A DNA stretch of 64,000 bases from Eledone cirrhosa (Eukaryota). Under the pieces are notes generated by a model, which made no database searches, was not told the DNA's origin, and worked only from the letters and a program-made list of their open reading frames with translations. Positions 42,511 through 55,252 of this stretch are shown here, piece after piece. A program made the translations under genes and the position numbers. Positions within the stretch are counted from its first letter, which is position 1. The number at the start of each line of letters is the position of its first letter. The stretch is taken from the NCBI GenBank assembly GCA_964016885.1, contig OZ024742.1, forward strand, positions 319,610,001 through 319,674,000, in the 5' to 3' direction.

Positions 42511-44569
42511 ATCTATCTCTATCAAGGGCATGTAAAATTCCCGAGATCCATGGAAGAGTTCTCTCCAGCGGTCTCTGTCCTTAGGGCATCAATATATGTC
42601 AACCTCGGTCTCCCTCTTCTAGTGTGTTCATGTAGGGACTCCCAGAGGAGCACTGAGTGCAGTGTCAACTCTGTTACTTTCGAGCTGACTTGGGAGGCTC
42701 TCGTACAGCTCTGAGTTCCTTATCCTCAGTCTACACTGATTAATGTTCAGAGCCATTCTCGTGTTTCACTCATCCACCATCTGAGTGAGTTTCTTGATCA
42801 GTGTCCAAGTCTCAGACCCGTACAGCAGCACAGACTCCACTGTAGCAACGAAGAGACTTCTACACCGATCTCAAACTGTGGCACGCTGCCCAGGCTTTGC
42901 TCCCAGATACAGGAAGTCCTCAACCAACTCTAGCAGCTTCCCGCCTACATTCATAATGTTCTCTACCAGATACTTCGTCTTAATCTCATTCATTCTCAGC
43001 CCCACAGTCTCCACCTCCTGCATCAACTCCTCTTTCTCCGTCACTGTGTTTGTCACCTGAACTATGTCGTCAGCAAATTCAGCATCTGATATCCTTTTAG
43101 ACTTAATTCTCCTGCTCTGACCAGCGCTACAGTAAAGCCAGAATCCTGCTGTTTCTTCAGTGCAAGGTGCATACAATAGTCCACTGCGATGATAAAAAGA
43201 TAGGGAGCCAATGTATCTCCCTGGAGCACTCCAGCCAGTATCAAAGAACTCAGTCATCCCGTCAGGTGTAGTGACTTGGGCTCTGGTGCTGGTGTAGAGC
43301 AGTGATATCAGGTTCACTATCTTCTTGGGGATTCCATAAGCTTGTAAGATCTTCATCAGGCAGTGACGGTCCACAGACGACTCAAATCTCAGTAAGGAGA
43401 GCAGTGAAGATCCTTGTTGGTACTTCCATAACAACAACCGAAATAGGAGACTACTCAGGGACACCCGGCTGGAGGCGAACTTGATGGCAACCAACCTTAA
43501 ATTTTAGGAAGATGTGGACCTACATCTTTGATATGCACCTGTCCAAGTCCCAGATTGATTTCCTTCTGGGGAGGAAGAAGTGGCGTAATAGTGTTCTGAA
43601 CATAGAACCATACAATTATTTCAGTACACTGGGCAGTGAGCTTAAGAAAGAGTAAGGCTCAGCCCCAGAGTGCAATCTATGATTGAGGAGATTTCAAGGA
43701 AGACGATAAGCTACAGGAGAGGTACACAGTAGAAATGAGGAATAGGTTCAGTGCTCTGTTTGGAGGGACTAAAGAGAGTGTGACGAGGAGGTACGGGTAC
43801 TTCACCAATGCAGTGGCAGAAGCAAGTGAGGCCCTGGTGCCGAGGAAAGAGAACAAGAGGAAGAACGTCCGCTCTGATACCCAAAAGTGTGTTCAGCCAG
43901 AGAACACCTGAAAGCTGCCAAGGACCAATTCCATGCTGGTCCTACGGAGGAGAGGAAGAAGAAAATGGAGGTGATGAACGAAAAACTCTATACCGCTTAC
44001 ACTGAGGCCTCAGAAGTGTGGAGAGAGTGGTTGACAGGTCTAGGTGTAAAGAGAGTTGGACGATCACAAGGAGGAAGAGAGGGAATTCGAGTCAGATCCA
44101 AGGATAGGAAGAGGAAATGGCTGGACCATTTTAAGACCCTACTAGGAGAGCCACTTTCCACAACCTAGAACACAGGGGAGATCAGGCAGCTGTTTGAGGA
44201 ACTGGATATTGAGACAGAACTCTTCGCCAGAGAGGAGCTTCAGAGAATCAAGGAGGGCAAGGCCCATAGAGAAGATGGAGTGGCATCAGAGGTGTGATTT
44301 TGAAGATAGCCAGGCACTGGGGGAAAGGAGTTGCCCCGAATCAGTGGAGGATCAGTAACATCGTCCCAGTGCCAAAGAAGGAACTAACACCAACAACTAT
44401 AGGGGGATCTCACTGACGTCACTTGTGGCAAAGACCCTCAATAGGATGATTTTTGAAAGGATCTAGTCAAAGATGGAGAAGAAGCTCAGGGACAACCAGA
44501 ACGGCTTTAGAAAGGGAAGATCAAACACCAGTCACATCCTGATACCGAGGAGGATATTAGAGGTAGCTA
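42511..44569 (-). mobile_element. RTE LINE of a second family (no PHD) with inverted 5' segment
   Basis: 42511-~43377 (minus) encodes SVDRH..GIP, GVLQGDTLAPYLF, FADDI and FLYLG. ~43378-44569 (plus) encodes the endonuclease end through NYRGISL, QNGFRKGR and RRILE. The flanks are AGTACCAGTA / AGCACCAGTA. Confidence 0.85.
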
Positions 44570-44865
44570 AGCACCAGTAGAAACAATTATTAAATAAATA
44601 ATGGTCAGCTGTATCGATATGTTATTTGGTTAGGACCATAGGTTGATAACTAAATCTCATTCCCTACTGTTACCTCTCCCATCTATTTCCTCACCCTTCC
44701 AACTATCCAATTCATTATCATGTCAGTCGGCTATCATGGAACACTGTATCTACCCGTAGCTCCCAGTGGAGTCGTATGGCTGGCGTAGTGACATACGGCA
44801 TTTCTTAAGCATTTTAAAACCTGGCGGAACCCAACTCCTCTCTAGATCTGAACATAGCCCATTTC

Positions 44866-45793
44866 AGCATACGTCAAGACGGGCGGTCTCAAAAGTGAAA
44901 CTAATTTTTGACAGTTACGATTGTGAATTTGTTTGTTTTTTACAACAGGTCTCAATAGTGAAAGTATAATGCAGACACACGCAATTGTATGGATTTCTTA
45001 ATATATATATATGTGTGGGTGTGTATATATATGTGTGTGTGTATGTATATATATATATATGTTTGTGTCATCATCATCGTTTAACGTCTATCTTCCACGC
45101 AAGCATGGGTTTAGACGTATATATATGTGTGTTTGTGTGTATATATGTGTTTGTGTGTATATATATGTGTCTGCTGCCCCTCTGACCCAAATCCCTTATC
45201 ATTCTCTGTCCTTCTTATGACCCTACCTTAATTTCTTTGGGGACAGAGAGTTGGTGCCAACAAGTTTGGCGAGATGATCAACTGTATTTCAGCTATTTAT
45301 AGGGTGTAATAAGGATTTTCAATATTTATTTATTTCAACACAATGTCATTATTTAAAAAAAAACCCATACAATTGTGTACATGCATATATATATATACAT
45401 CTACAAATTCATACAAATGTGTATGTGTGCATAAATATATATATACATACACACATATATATATATACAGACATATATATACACACAAACACATATATAT
45501 ACACACAAACACATATATACACACAAACATATATATACGTCTAAACCCATGCTTGCGTGGAAGATAGACGTTAAACGATGATGATGACACAAACACACAT
45601 ATATATATATGCATACACACACACATATATATACACACCCACACATATATATATATTAAGAAATCCATACAATTGCGTGTGTCTGCATTATACTTTCACT
45701 ATTGAGACCTGTTGTAAAAAAAAAAAACAAATTCACAATCGTAACTGTCAAAAATTAGTTTCACTTTTGAGACCGCCCGTCTTGACGTATGCC
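44866..45793. mobile_element. Mutator/foldback-type non-autonomous DNA transposon with ~300-bp TIRs
   Basis: 9-bp TSD GCCCATTTC (44857-44865 and 45794-45802), with a single copy at the paralogous empty site 56449-56457. TIRs begin RGCATACGTCAAGACGGGCGG. Confidence 0.88.
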
Positions 45794-46439
45794 GCCCATT
45801 TCTTCTACAGAAGGAGAGAGAGCGGAAGTGAGAAAGAGATACAGAGGAAGAATCGACTCCAATACGTTACCAGTACTTTACTACCCACTTCGAAAGCATG
45901 AAAAGTAAAGTTGACCTCAGCGGGCGATAGCCAGAACGAACACCGCAAAGCATTATATTCGACGTTCTAACGATTCTGAAATCCCCCACCACCCATAGAA
46001 ACACTACACTCTGTCAAAGTCTCATAACTCGAACCGTTATTAATTTTCATCCCTCACTCTTCTCAGCCACGTGATGTATTGTTATTTAAACAAGTATAAT
46101 TTTATGTCAGGATATAAATATTGTAAATGTGTAGTCTATTGCAAGTTTTGCTCCTAAAAACTCATTATTGTAGTATTGAACATATACTCGACTCGATTAT
46201 ATACACCATTGTAACAATGTATTTGAAGACATTCAAAACAATATGATTGCCCAACTTTTACTTTAATAGAAAGAACTAAGATTTCATAACTATCTATCTA
46301 AATATTTATCACTTTTGTCAAGAAGAAGGGGAAATATAAACAAATGACACCGTTTAAAGAAACAAGAAATTCTATTGGCTACTTGTGTAGCTGTAGTAAT
46401 ATTACTGTTAGAAGCGTTCTCTTAAATGTGAATTATTTT

Positions 46440-46535
46440 GCCGTTTTAAGAAAAACATGATCGTTTTTTTCTGCATCTCAGTTCCAAATGTGTATCTATC
46501 TAGACACCTAGGACCTCAAGTATATTGTAAGGTTG
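46440..46535 (+). promoter_or_regulatory. Candidate non-coding first exon/splice donor of the zinc-finger gene
   Basis: The block CAGTTCCAAATGTGTATCTATCTAG...GGACCTCAAGTAT..GTAAGGTTGGTATG is strongly conserved at 62800-62865. A good acceptor (TTTCTTTATCATTTCAG, 50598) precedes the ZNF CDS. This is inference only. Confidence 0.4.
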
Positions 46536-47130
46536 GTATGATTCGGGTTATACTTTTACATAAAGTTTATTTTTGTGTTAGTAAGTTCACTGAGTTTTCA
46601 GCGTTGTTTATTTATATGGAAGTTTAATTTTAATGCGTTCTGTTTAAAAAAAAACATTTCCTCTAGGATTAGTTTCATTATTTTTGTGTCGATAAAATAA
46701 AGTACCAGTAACGAACCTGGGTCGATTTAATCGACTTTCCCCTACCCCAAAATTGTTGATTTTCTGCTTCAATCAGAAACCATTATTTTCGCCGAGGTTG
46801 ACTTTGCCTTTCATCCTTACGGGGTCGATAAAATAAAGTACGAGTAATGTACTGGGTAATTGCTGGCCTTGTGCCTAAAGTAGAAACAATTCTATTTTCT
46901 GCCCATTTTTTTTTTTTTTTTTTTCACCGTAAAATGAAAACTAATCATAACCATAGACTTAATCCGGGAAAAAGTCAATTGCGAGAATCATAGAGGTCAG
47001 ATTAGTTGATAGCACAAAACAAAAGAAAAAAAAACAAAACAAAAGAAAAATGTCGATTGCGAGCATCTTGCAGGTTAAAATCGGAAGGGGCGATCTGTAA
47101 TAATATTGTTTTAAAGAAGATACATTTTTG

Positions 47131-47697
47131 GATCTTCTCTTTGGAACCTCTATTTTGCTCAGAACATTGACCTCCTGGAAACTGTTCAGAGACGTGCAAC
47201 CAAGTGAATCCCCCCAAATCAGACATTTACCATACTCTGAACGCCTTGCTTCTCTGGGCATGGATACATTGAAGCTCTGGCAACTGATTTGGTAAATACC
47301 CACAAAATTATTAACCATCTTGCTAACAACAACCCTGAGCACCTTTTTGAATTCCATATGCCTAACACACGTGGGCATGCCTACAAAGTCAGAAAACAGC
47401 ACAGTTCCCATAACTTTCGGAAACATTTCTTCACGCTCAGAGTTGTCTGAAGCATGGAACAAACTACCTGCATCAGTTATTAGCTGCTGAGACACTGCAT
47501 CCTTTAAAATTTCCATGGTTCCTGAAATTCGCTAACACTACACCTCATATCCTCCCTTCATACATATGCACACATGTATATCACGACTCATACACTGTTC
47601 ACTTTCCTGGCATTTGTATATGATTCTATGTACTATACATGCACCTTTGATGAGTTGTAGTGCACCTGAGCACTGTACACAATTTCATTATTATTAT
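47131..47697 (+). mobile_element. CR1-type LINE 3' end
   Basis: Has LETVQRRATK, YSERL..LG, TRGH..K, RKHFF..RVV and AWNKLP, with an (ATT)n tail. Confidence 0.85.
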
Positions 47698-48091
47698 ATA
47701 GATCTCGAATGAAGAAAATGAAAATATCTCGTTTGATTTTCTGGGTTCATTGCATATATACAGGTTAGAATTAGGTGTAAGCTTGGATGGGTTTATGGGT
47801 TCTCTTGTGTATGTATGAGCATGCAAAATGAATCGGATGTATCTAACAAGATATTTTCACTTTCTTAATATGAAATCTATTGTCATTAATGTCCAAAACA
47901 TGATATAAATTTGGCAATATATGTTTTGTTAAAAGGATGAATTATCAACAATGTGTACATACAGGAATCATTTTTATTATAGTGTACATCTGCTCTGAAT
48001 GGGCAGACCTATGATCCAAGATGTTCTAGCTGTGACTATCCCATCTTTTATATAGTATTGTGCTTGCTCTTTTGGTTATCTATATATATAT

Positions 48092-49510
48092 AACCTGTTT
48101 ATTATCGTCCTCCAGGCTATAACAGAAAAGTTTAAAACAGGATGCCCATGGGAACTCCTGTATGCTGATGTTCTAACTCTTATATCTGAATCTATGACAG
48201 AACTAGAGAAGTAATTCTTGACCTGGAAGCATAACCTAGAATCAAAAGTTATTAAAGTCAACTTGGCAAAGATCAAAGTTCTAGTAAGTAATAAGAGAAA
48301 CAAGGCTGTAATCCATTCAGGGAAATGAGTGTGCTCAGTGTGTAAGAAAGGGGTAGGTAGAAATTCAATCCTCTGTCCCAAATGCAAGCTATGGGTACAC
48401 AGAAGATGTAGTGGTAGGTTAGCTAAGAACGTAGGTTTTACATGTGGCCATTGCACAGGAGCAGTAAGTAACAAACACTCAGAGGAAACAAGGGCTATCA
48501 AATTCTTATATCATAGAAGCAGTTGACAGCTTTTGTTACCAGGGTGACTAAATTAGCAGTGGAGGTGGGTATGCCAAAAATACAGTAGCCAGAGAGAGAA
48601 CTGGATGGAAAAAATTCTGGGAACTATTACCGCTGCTAGTTACTAAAGGTTTTTCCCTCAAAATGAAGGACAGATCGTATGATGCATGTATAAGAACAGC
48701 AATGTTTCATGGTAGTGAGACCTGGGCACTGTGCAGAGGACCTGCAAAGATTGGAAAGAAATGAAGCTGGCATGTTTCAATGGATGTGTAATAGTAATAT
48801 ACATGAACAGCAAAGTATAAATAAACTGAAAGAGAAACAGCAGAAAAAGGATCAGATGCAGTGTGCAGGAAGAGAGATTGTGGTGTTATGGACATGCAAT
48901 GCATATGAAGGATGACAGCTGTATAAAAAGGTGCAGGGCACTCAAAGTTGATGGAAGCTATGGAGTAGGAAGACTTGGGATGAGGGAATAAAAGCTGACC
49001 TTGCTCAATTACACCTCTCAAAAGCGATGACACAGGATCGAGATCTCTGACGTTATGTAGTAATACAGAAGATCCATCTTCCCATGTGCACAGATTGAAG
49101 CATACATCTAGTATGCACCACTTTCCCTTACCTCCCATGTTCTAACGCCGCATCCTTCACCCTAGATCGACCTCTACACTCCCTATGGACCTCAGCCCCC
49201 AGTCCATACTGTAAAGCAGTCGTTTTTGGTACCACAACAAAAAAGCACCCAGTCCACACTGTAAAGTGGTCATGTGGGTGTCAACTAAAAGCACTCAGTA
49301 AAGTGATTGTGTAGGTGTCATGATAAAAAGCACTCAATTCACTTTGTAAATGTGGTTGACATTATGAAAGGCATTGAACCATAGAAACCGAGCCAAAATC
49401 ATTTCTGTAGGAGCAAGGCACGGTCATCTGATCTGACTTGTCTCATAACGGGACAACTCATCTAAGCCATGCTAGCTTGGAAAAATGGACAATAAATGGT
49501 GGTGATTATG
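48092..49510 (+). mobile_element. Decayed RTE LINE (PHD-containing family)
   Basis: Has WELLYADVL, CSVCKKGVGRNSILCPKCKLWVHRRC...FTCGHC and FHGSETW, plus a 3' UTR with repeated modules. Confidence 0.88.
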
Positions 49511-50845
49511 TTGATGTGTGTGTATGCATATAATAAAAAGTGTAATAACAGTATATTAAGCTAATAAACTACAAGTATAAATAGAGATAAAGAAAATATT
49601 ATCACAGGTAAATCTGCAGATATTGAAATGTAGACAAAAAAGCTATAATGCTCTTTGCTGGTCTAAGAGACAGTTGACACAAGATGACCGGCTGTAGAAA
49701 TCTGTAATCATTGAGGCAAAAGAGATGTTCACTCACGACCCTGGGATCTTTAATATGAACCTTCAACATATATATATATATATATATAAAATCATCACTG
49801 TTTAATGTCCATTTTTCCACACTAGAATGTGTTGTCCTGTTGTGAGATAAAGCAAGTTAGATGACCACATCTTGCTCATATAAAACTGATTTTGGCTTGT
49901 GTTCTATATCTGGATGCCCTTCCTAATGTCAAATACATTTACAGTGTGTACTAGGTGCTTTTTGTTGTGTTGCCATCACACCCACTTTGCAGTATGTATA
50001 TGGTACAAAACTGCCTCTGGTTGATTAATTCATTTACCTACATAGTACACTTTAACAATTTATCATTCCAAGATTCTTCTTTTTATAAAAATATATGGGT
50101 ATTTGATTATATATATAATACTGGTGCCACAATATAAAGCACTCAGTACACTCTGCAAAGTGGTTAGTGTTAAGCAGAGCATCTAGCTATAGAAACCATG
50201 CCAAAATATAGATTATGAGCAAGATGTAATGCTTGGCCAGGGACACACTCTCCAGCCCATGCCAGCATCAAAAGTGGATATAAAATGGTGACTTGAAATT
50301 GTACCTCAGTTTGCAAATGAAAAGACTACACAAAGTTATATGCTATAATTTGTTTAATCTGTCATAAAATTCAGGGCACATCTTAAAATAAAGGTAAATT
50401 ACATTGATAATGTGTTTCTACATACCTCAGAAACTGGGTTTGGTCCTGACTGGAACACCTTTCATTGGATATCTGCTTGATCAAGACATATGAGACTAAA
50501 TAACAATAAACAGCTGTACAGAAATGTTAGATTTTTACTGTTGTATCTTTACATTTTATGGATCTATTATATCTAATACTATTTCTTTATCATTTCAGAT
50601 TATCAGATGACATTGGCATGAAATAGTTCCTTTTTTTTTTGTTCATTGTCTAAAGGAAGAAGTTATACCGAACTGATAAACCTGGTTTATATAATTTCAT
50701 GGGTAAAATAGAGCAAAATATATAATTTAAACTGATTTTCTGCATTTCAATGCCTGAACGAATATAAGATAATATTTCATTCTAATTACACATACAAAAA
50801 ATATGAAGGAAAATGTCCATATATTGTGGTGAGAAATGAATAATT

Positions 50846-52693
50846 ATGGAAAACAAATGTGTGAAAACTGATCCTGACAAATACATTCATACAGGGAAGA
50901 AAGCATATCACTGTGATATCTGTAGTAAATCCTTCTCTCGAAGTAGTCACTTGATTGTTCACAAACATATTCATACAGGAGAGAAGCCATATCACTGTGA
51001 TATCTGTGGTAAATCGTTCTGTCAAAATAGTCAATTAACTGTTCACAAACGTGTTCATACAGGAGAGAAACCATATCACTGTGATATCTGTGGTAAATCA
51101 TTCTCTAGTGGCAGTGATTTAACTCCACACAAACGTATTCATACAGGAGAGAAGCCATATAACTGTGATATCTGTGGTAAATCCTTCTCTCGAAGTAGTT
51201 ACTTGATTATTCACAAACATATTCATACCGGAGAGAAGCCATTTCACTGTGATGTCTGTGGTAAATCATTCTCTGAAAATGGAAACCTAACGATTCACAA
51301 GCGTATTCATACAGGTGAGAAACCATACCACTGTGATATCTGTGGAAAATCATTCTCTAGTGGTGGTGACTTAACTAAACACAAACGTATTCATACAGGA
51401 GAGAAGCCATTTCACTGTGAGATCTGTGGTAAATCATTTTCTGTAAGTGGAAGCTTAACTTCTCACAAACGTATTCATACAGGAGTGAAAAAACCATATC
51501 ACTGTGATATCTGTGGGAAATTATTCTCTGAAAATGGAAACCTAACAATTCACAAACGTATTCATACAGGAGAGAAACCATATCACTGTGATATCTGTGG
51601 AAAATCATTCTCTGGAAAAGGTAATTTAACTAAACATAAACAGATTCATACAGGAGATAAGCCATATCACTGTGATATCTGTGGTACGTCATTCACTAGA
51701 CAGAATCACTTAATTGGACACAAACGTATTCATACAGGAGAGAAACCATATCACTGTGATATCTGTGGTAAATCATTCTCTCATAAGGTTGACTTAACTA
51801 CTCACAAACGTATTCATACAGGAGAGAAGCCATACCACTGTGTTATCTGTGGTAAGTCATTCCCTAGATGTAGTGAATTAACTGTTCACAAACGTATTCA
51901 TACAGGAGAGAGGCCATACCACTGTGATATCTGTGGAAAATCTTTCTCTGTATCAAGTAGCATAATTACTCACAAACGTATTCACACAGGAGAAAAGCCC
52001 TACCACTGTGATATTTGTGGTAAAACATTTTCAGTAAAAAGTAACTTAAGTCAGCATAAAAACAGTCATGCTGGGAAGAATCCCAAGCACTGTGATATTT
52101 GCGGTAAATCATTCTCTAGAAATAGTGATTTAAATACACACAAACGTATCCATACAGGTGAGAAGCCATATCATTGTGATGTTTGTGGTAAATCATTCTC
52201 ACAACATGGTATATTAGCTAAACACAAACGTATTCATACAGGAGAGAAACCTTATCACTGTGACATCTGTGGTAAATCATTCACTCAAAGTGGTGAATTA
52301 ACTACTCACAAACGTATCCATACAGGAGAGAAAAAATATCATTGTGAAATCTGTGGGAAATCATTCTCTCAAACAGGTCACTTAATTCGACACAGAGACA
52401 TTCATACAGGAGAGAAACCATATAATTGTGATATCTGTGATAAATCATTTGCCAGAAATAGTTACTTAACTATCCACAAACGTATCCATACAGGAGAGAA
52501 GCCATTTCACTGTGATATTTGTGGTAAGTCATTCACTAGAAGTGGTGAGTTAACTACCCACAAACGTATCCATACAGGAGAGAAACCATATCATTGTAAT
52601 ATTTGCGGTAAATCATTCACTGTAAACAGTAGCTTAACTAAACACAAACGCATTCATACAGGAGATAAGCCATATCATTGTAATATGAAGTAA
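50846..52693 (+). CDS. Tandem C2H2 (Kruppel-type) zinc-finger protein, 21 complete fingers, no effector domain
   Basis: 615-aa ORF made of C-x2-C-x12-H-x3-H units with TGEKPY linkers. The 22nd finger is cut by the stop. Confidence 0.95.
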   Translation: MENKCVKTDPDKYIHTGKKAYHCDICSKSFSRSSHLIVHKHIHTGEKPYHCDICGKSFCQNSQLTVHKRVHTGEKPYHCDICGKSFSSGSDLTPHKRIHTGEKPYNCDICGKSFSRSSYLIIHKHIHTGEKPFHCDVCGKSFSENGNLTIHKRIHTGEKPYHCDICGKSFSSGGDLTKHKRIHTGEKPFHCEICGKSFSVSGSLTSHKRIHTGVKKPYHCDICGKLFSENGNLTIHKRIHTGEKPYHCDICGKSFSGKGNLTKHKQIHTGDKPYHCDICGTSFTRQNHLIGHKRIHTGEKPYHCDICGKSFSHKVDLTTHKRIHTGEKPYHCVICGKSFPRCSELTVHKRIHTGERPYHCDICGKSFSVSSSIITHKRIHTGEKPYHCDICGKTFSVKSNLSQHKNSHAGKNPKHCDICGKSFSRNSDLNTHKRIHTGEKPYHCDVCGKSFSQHGILAKHKRIHTGEKPYHCDICGKSFTQSGELTTHKRIHTGEKKYHCEICGKSFSQTGHLIRHRDIHTGEKPYNCDICDKSFARNSYLTIHKRIHTGEKPFHCDICGKSFTRSGELTTHKRIHTGEKPYHCNICGKSFTVNSSLTKHKRIHTGDKPYHCNMK

Positions 52694-55000
52694 ATAATTT
52701 TCTTGGCTATAGGAGAGAAGCATTGTCTTAAGTACAGAATTATTCCTACTGGAGAGAAGTCAAATCTTTGTAATATCTGTGGTAAATCATCTTCTGTAAC
52801 ATGCAGCTTAACTATGCATATATTCCTATTGGAGATAAGCTATATGGTTAATATTTTTAGTGAATCATTCACTTTAAAATTTGACTCAGTTTGACATAAG
52901 TATACTCACTCAAAAGGAAGGTAATGTCAGTTATTCTTTTTGCTTAAACCTCATCACCATTTTATATGGGTTGAAACAAAGGATTCTTTTCTAGTACAAC
53001 CTCTCATCACATGGTACTTTCTATTATCATCTCTTCTGGAAGATTCAGTATTCTGAGATTAGCTCTCACAACTTCTGCTCAAGTCTTCTTCCTCAGTTTT
53101 CCTCTACTACAGCTTATTTCCACTGAAATCTCTTGGCAATTCTTCACCCAATGATCATCATTCATACATATTGTGTCCATACCAATACAATCTTTTACAC
53201 ACTATACTTAATTCTTCTTATATTCAGTTATTTTCTCAGCTCATCCATGCTTCACTATTTGGTACACTAACATAATACATCAGAGCATTCTTGTCTCAGA
53301 AAATACTACAATTACATTTTTCAATCAAAAAGTATCTGTATCATTTTGATATGTTTTCTCTGAAAGAAACACCTTGTTTAACCACATATATTCACATAAG
53401 AGAGAAAATAGAACAACATTGCCATGCTATTTTATATAACCACAAATCTATGTACATATGGTAAACGTGGTTGGTGTTAGGAAGGGCAGACAGTCCTATA
53501 CAAGCAAGACAACCAATCTTGCCTCAAGTGTGAAATTCCCGTCCAAACCCATGCTAGCGTGGAAGATGGACGTTAAACGATGATGATGATATGGTGTGAT
53601 ATTTTTAATAAAAGCATTCTTTCAGAATACCCATATTGTTTTTTTGAAATAACACCTGCTTAATAAGAAAGTTAGTTATATTACTAAATCCTTTCAAATT
53701 CCTGATTATTTTCAAGATCATTTCAAAATAATAAGCATTTAGTTTAATCCTTATATTATTGTGAATGTACATAGCCTAATGGTTAAAGTGTTAGGCTCAG
53801 GATCATGATTCTTATTAAGCAAAACACACACAAAAAAAAAATGTGACTTGACCTACCCCATGCCCCCTTCCACTAGCACTTAACTTCACTACATCACTAC
53901 TTCAACCCACATGCTGGAGATGAAGGAAAGTATACAGAGTTGTAACTTCAGTAAGTCTTGATTCAACTAAAAGAATAAAGAAAAATACTTAGGATATTAT
54001 AGAGAATTACTACAAAATACCAGTTTGTAACTAAGAAATGTTTTTAACTAAATATGTCAGATCTGGAAAGTATACTTCACAATTAAATATTTAAAAAAAT
54101 TGATCATATTTCACATATCTAGAGCTTATCAACAATGCACACTTTCGAAACCTATAGCCTAAGATAAAAATTTATTATTTCCCTGTGTTTGCAGGTTTAG
54201 GAACAGTTGTGGTGTGCAAATGACTCCACAAAAGAAAACAGTTAAAACAGTGACCTGGTAAGTCACAAAGTCTCGCTGGGTTTCTCAAAATTCTTTGAAC
54301 CACTATCTTAAGATAAAATCAATATATAGCATAATATATAAGCTTCATATCCATAAGTACTAGTTGAACTAGTTGGACACAATCATTTAAATTTATATAG
54401 CATCATTTGCATTACACTATAGTAAATAAAATAGGTGATGGTGCATATATATATATATATAGACACTATATATACATATATATACACACACACATAGCAT
54501 CATAATGTTGTAATGCAGACAGACATATTATGAGGGCGCAACGTTATATCTATGTATCTATCTAAAAAGAAAGACTGAATTATAGAGAGAGATCGCCTAA
54601 TGCGGTCCTTGGATATTACATGTGTAAATTTTGAAAACAATCGGTTGTGTGGCTCTCGAGTTTTAGGGAGTCAAACAGACAGACATTCTCTGTTTTAGAT
54701 ATATAGATAATTTTACGGAAAGATTTTTCTTTTTTGATGAGCGATAATCAGTTGAAAAGATAAAAAATATACAATATAAAAGATTATTTTCGAATGTTGT
54801 GCTTCTTTAAGAAAGCCTCAAAGTTGCAGGTTCCTCAGTCATCATATATCCATTAATGCAACACAGCTGATAGAATAGGAAACCCTGTCTTCAGCAATGT
54901 GCGATTTGGGGGAAGAATCCTGATAATCCTATGAAAAGAAGGGATGGTGTATTCTATATTAAAAACAGAAATCTATATTCCTGTTGATTAATTAAAGAAA

Positions 55001-55077
55001 CTAGCAGAAAAACCACCGGGATAAAAAAAAACAAAAACGTACGCAATCCCGCAGACCTTCCTTTATTATAGTTTAGA
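55001..55077 (-). mobile_element. 77-bp mini-Helitron
   Basis: The minus strand starts TC and ends CTAG. It is inserted between A and T with no TSD. The empty site AAAGAAA|TTGCGAGC is at ~42206-42220. Confidence 0.75.
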
Positions 55078-55252
55078 TTGCGAGCATGTAATGGTAAACG
55101 TCCTGGTGATATTGCGAATCAGTGAATTTGTAAAATACAGATGTGGAAACTTAAGGGCTATTGATAGTAATAAAGATTATGACAGGTGATGAATTGTGAA
55201 ACTGGGCGAAAATTGTCCATTTACGAAAGGAAAACGGCGAATACTGGCATTT

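Larger units (their letters stand above)
40670..46680 (+). repeat. Segmental duplication, copy A (paralogous to ~53650-62995)
   Basis: Collinear matching blocks include 40675/53651, 41445/53925, 41640/54180, 42180/54968, 44590/56146, 45800/56455, 46327/62648 and 46480/62800. Confidence 0.9.

Noticed and set aside
50900-52690. Regular 84-bp repeats with variable inner segments resembling a CRISPR array
   Set aside because: They are in-frame C2H2 finger repeats in a eukaryotic gene, and no cas genes are present.
54505-54710. Possible Helitron 5' end on the minus strand (CAGACAGAC...ATATATAGA)
   Set aside because: No matching CTAG end or clean empty site could be defined.
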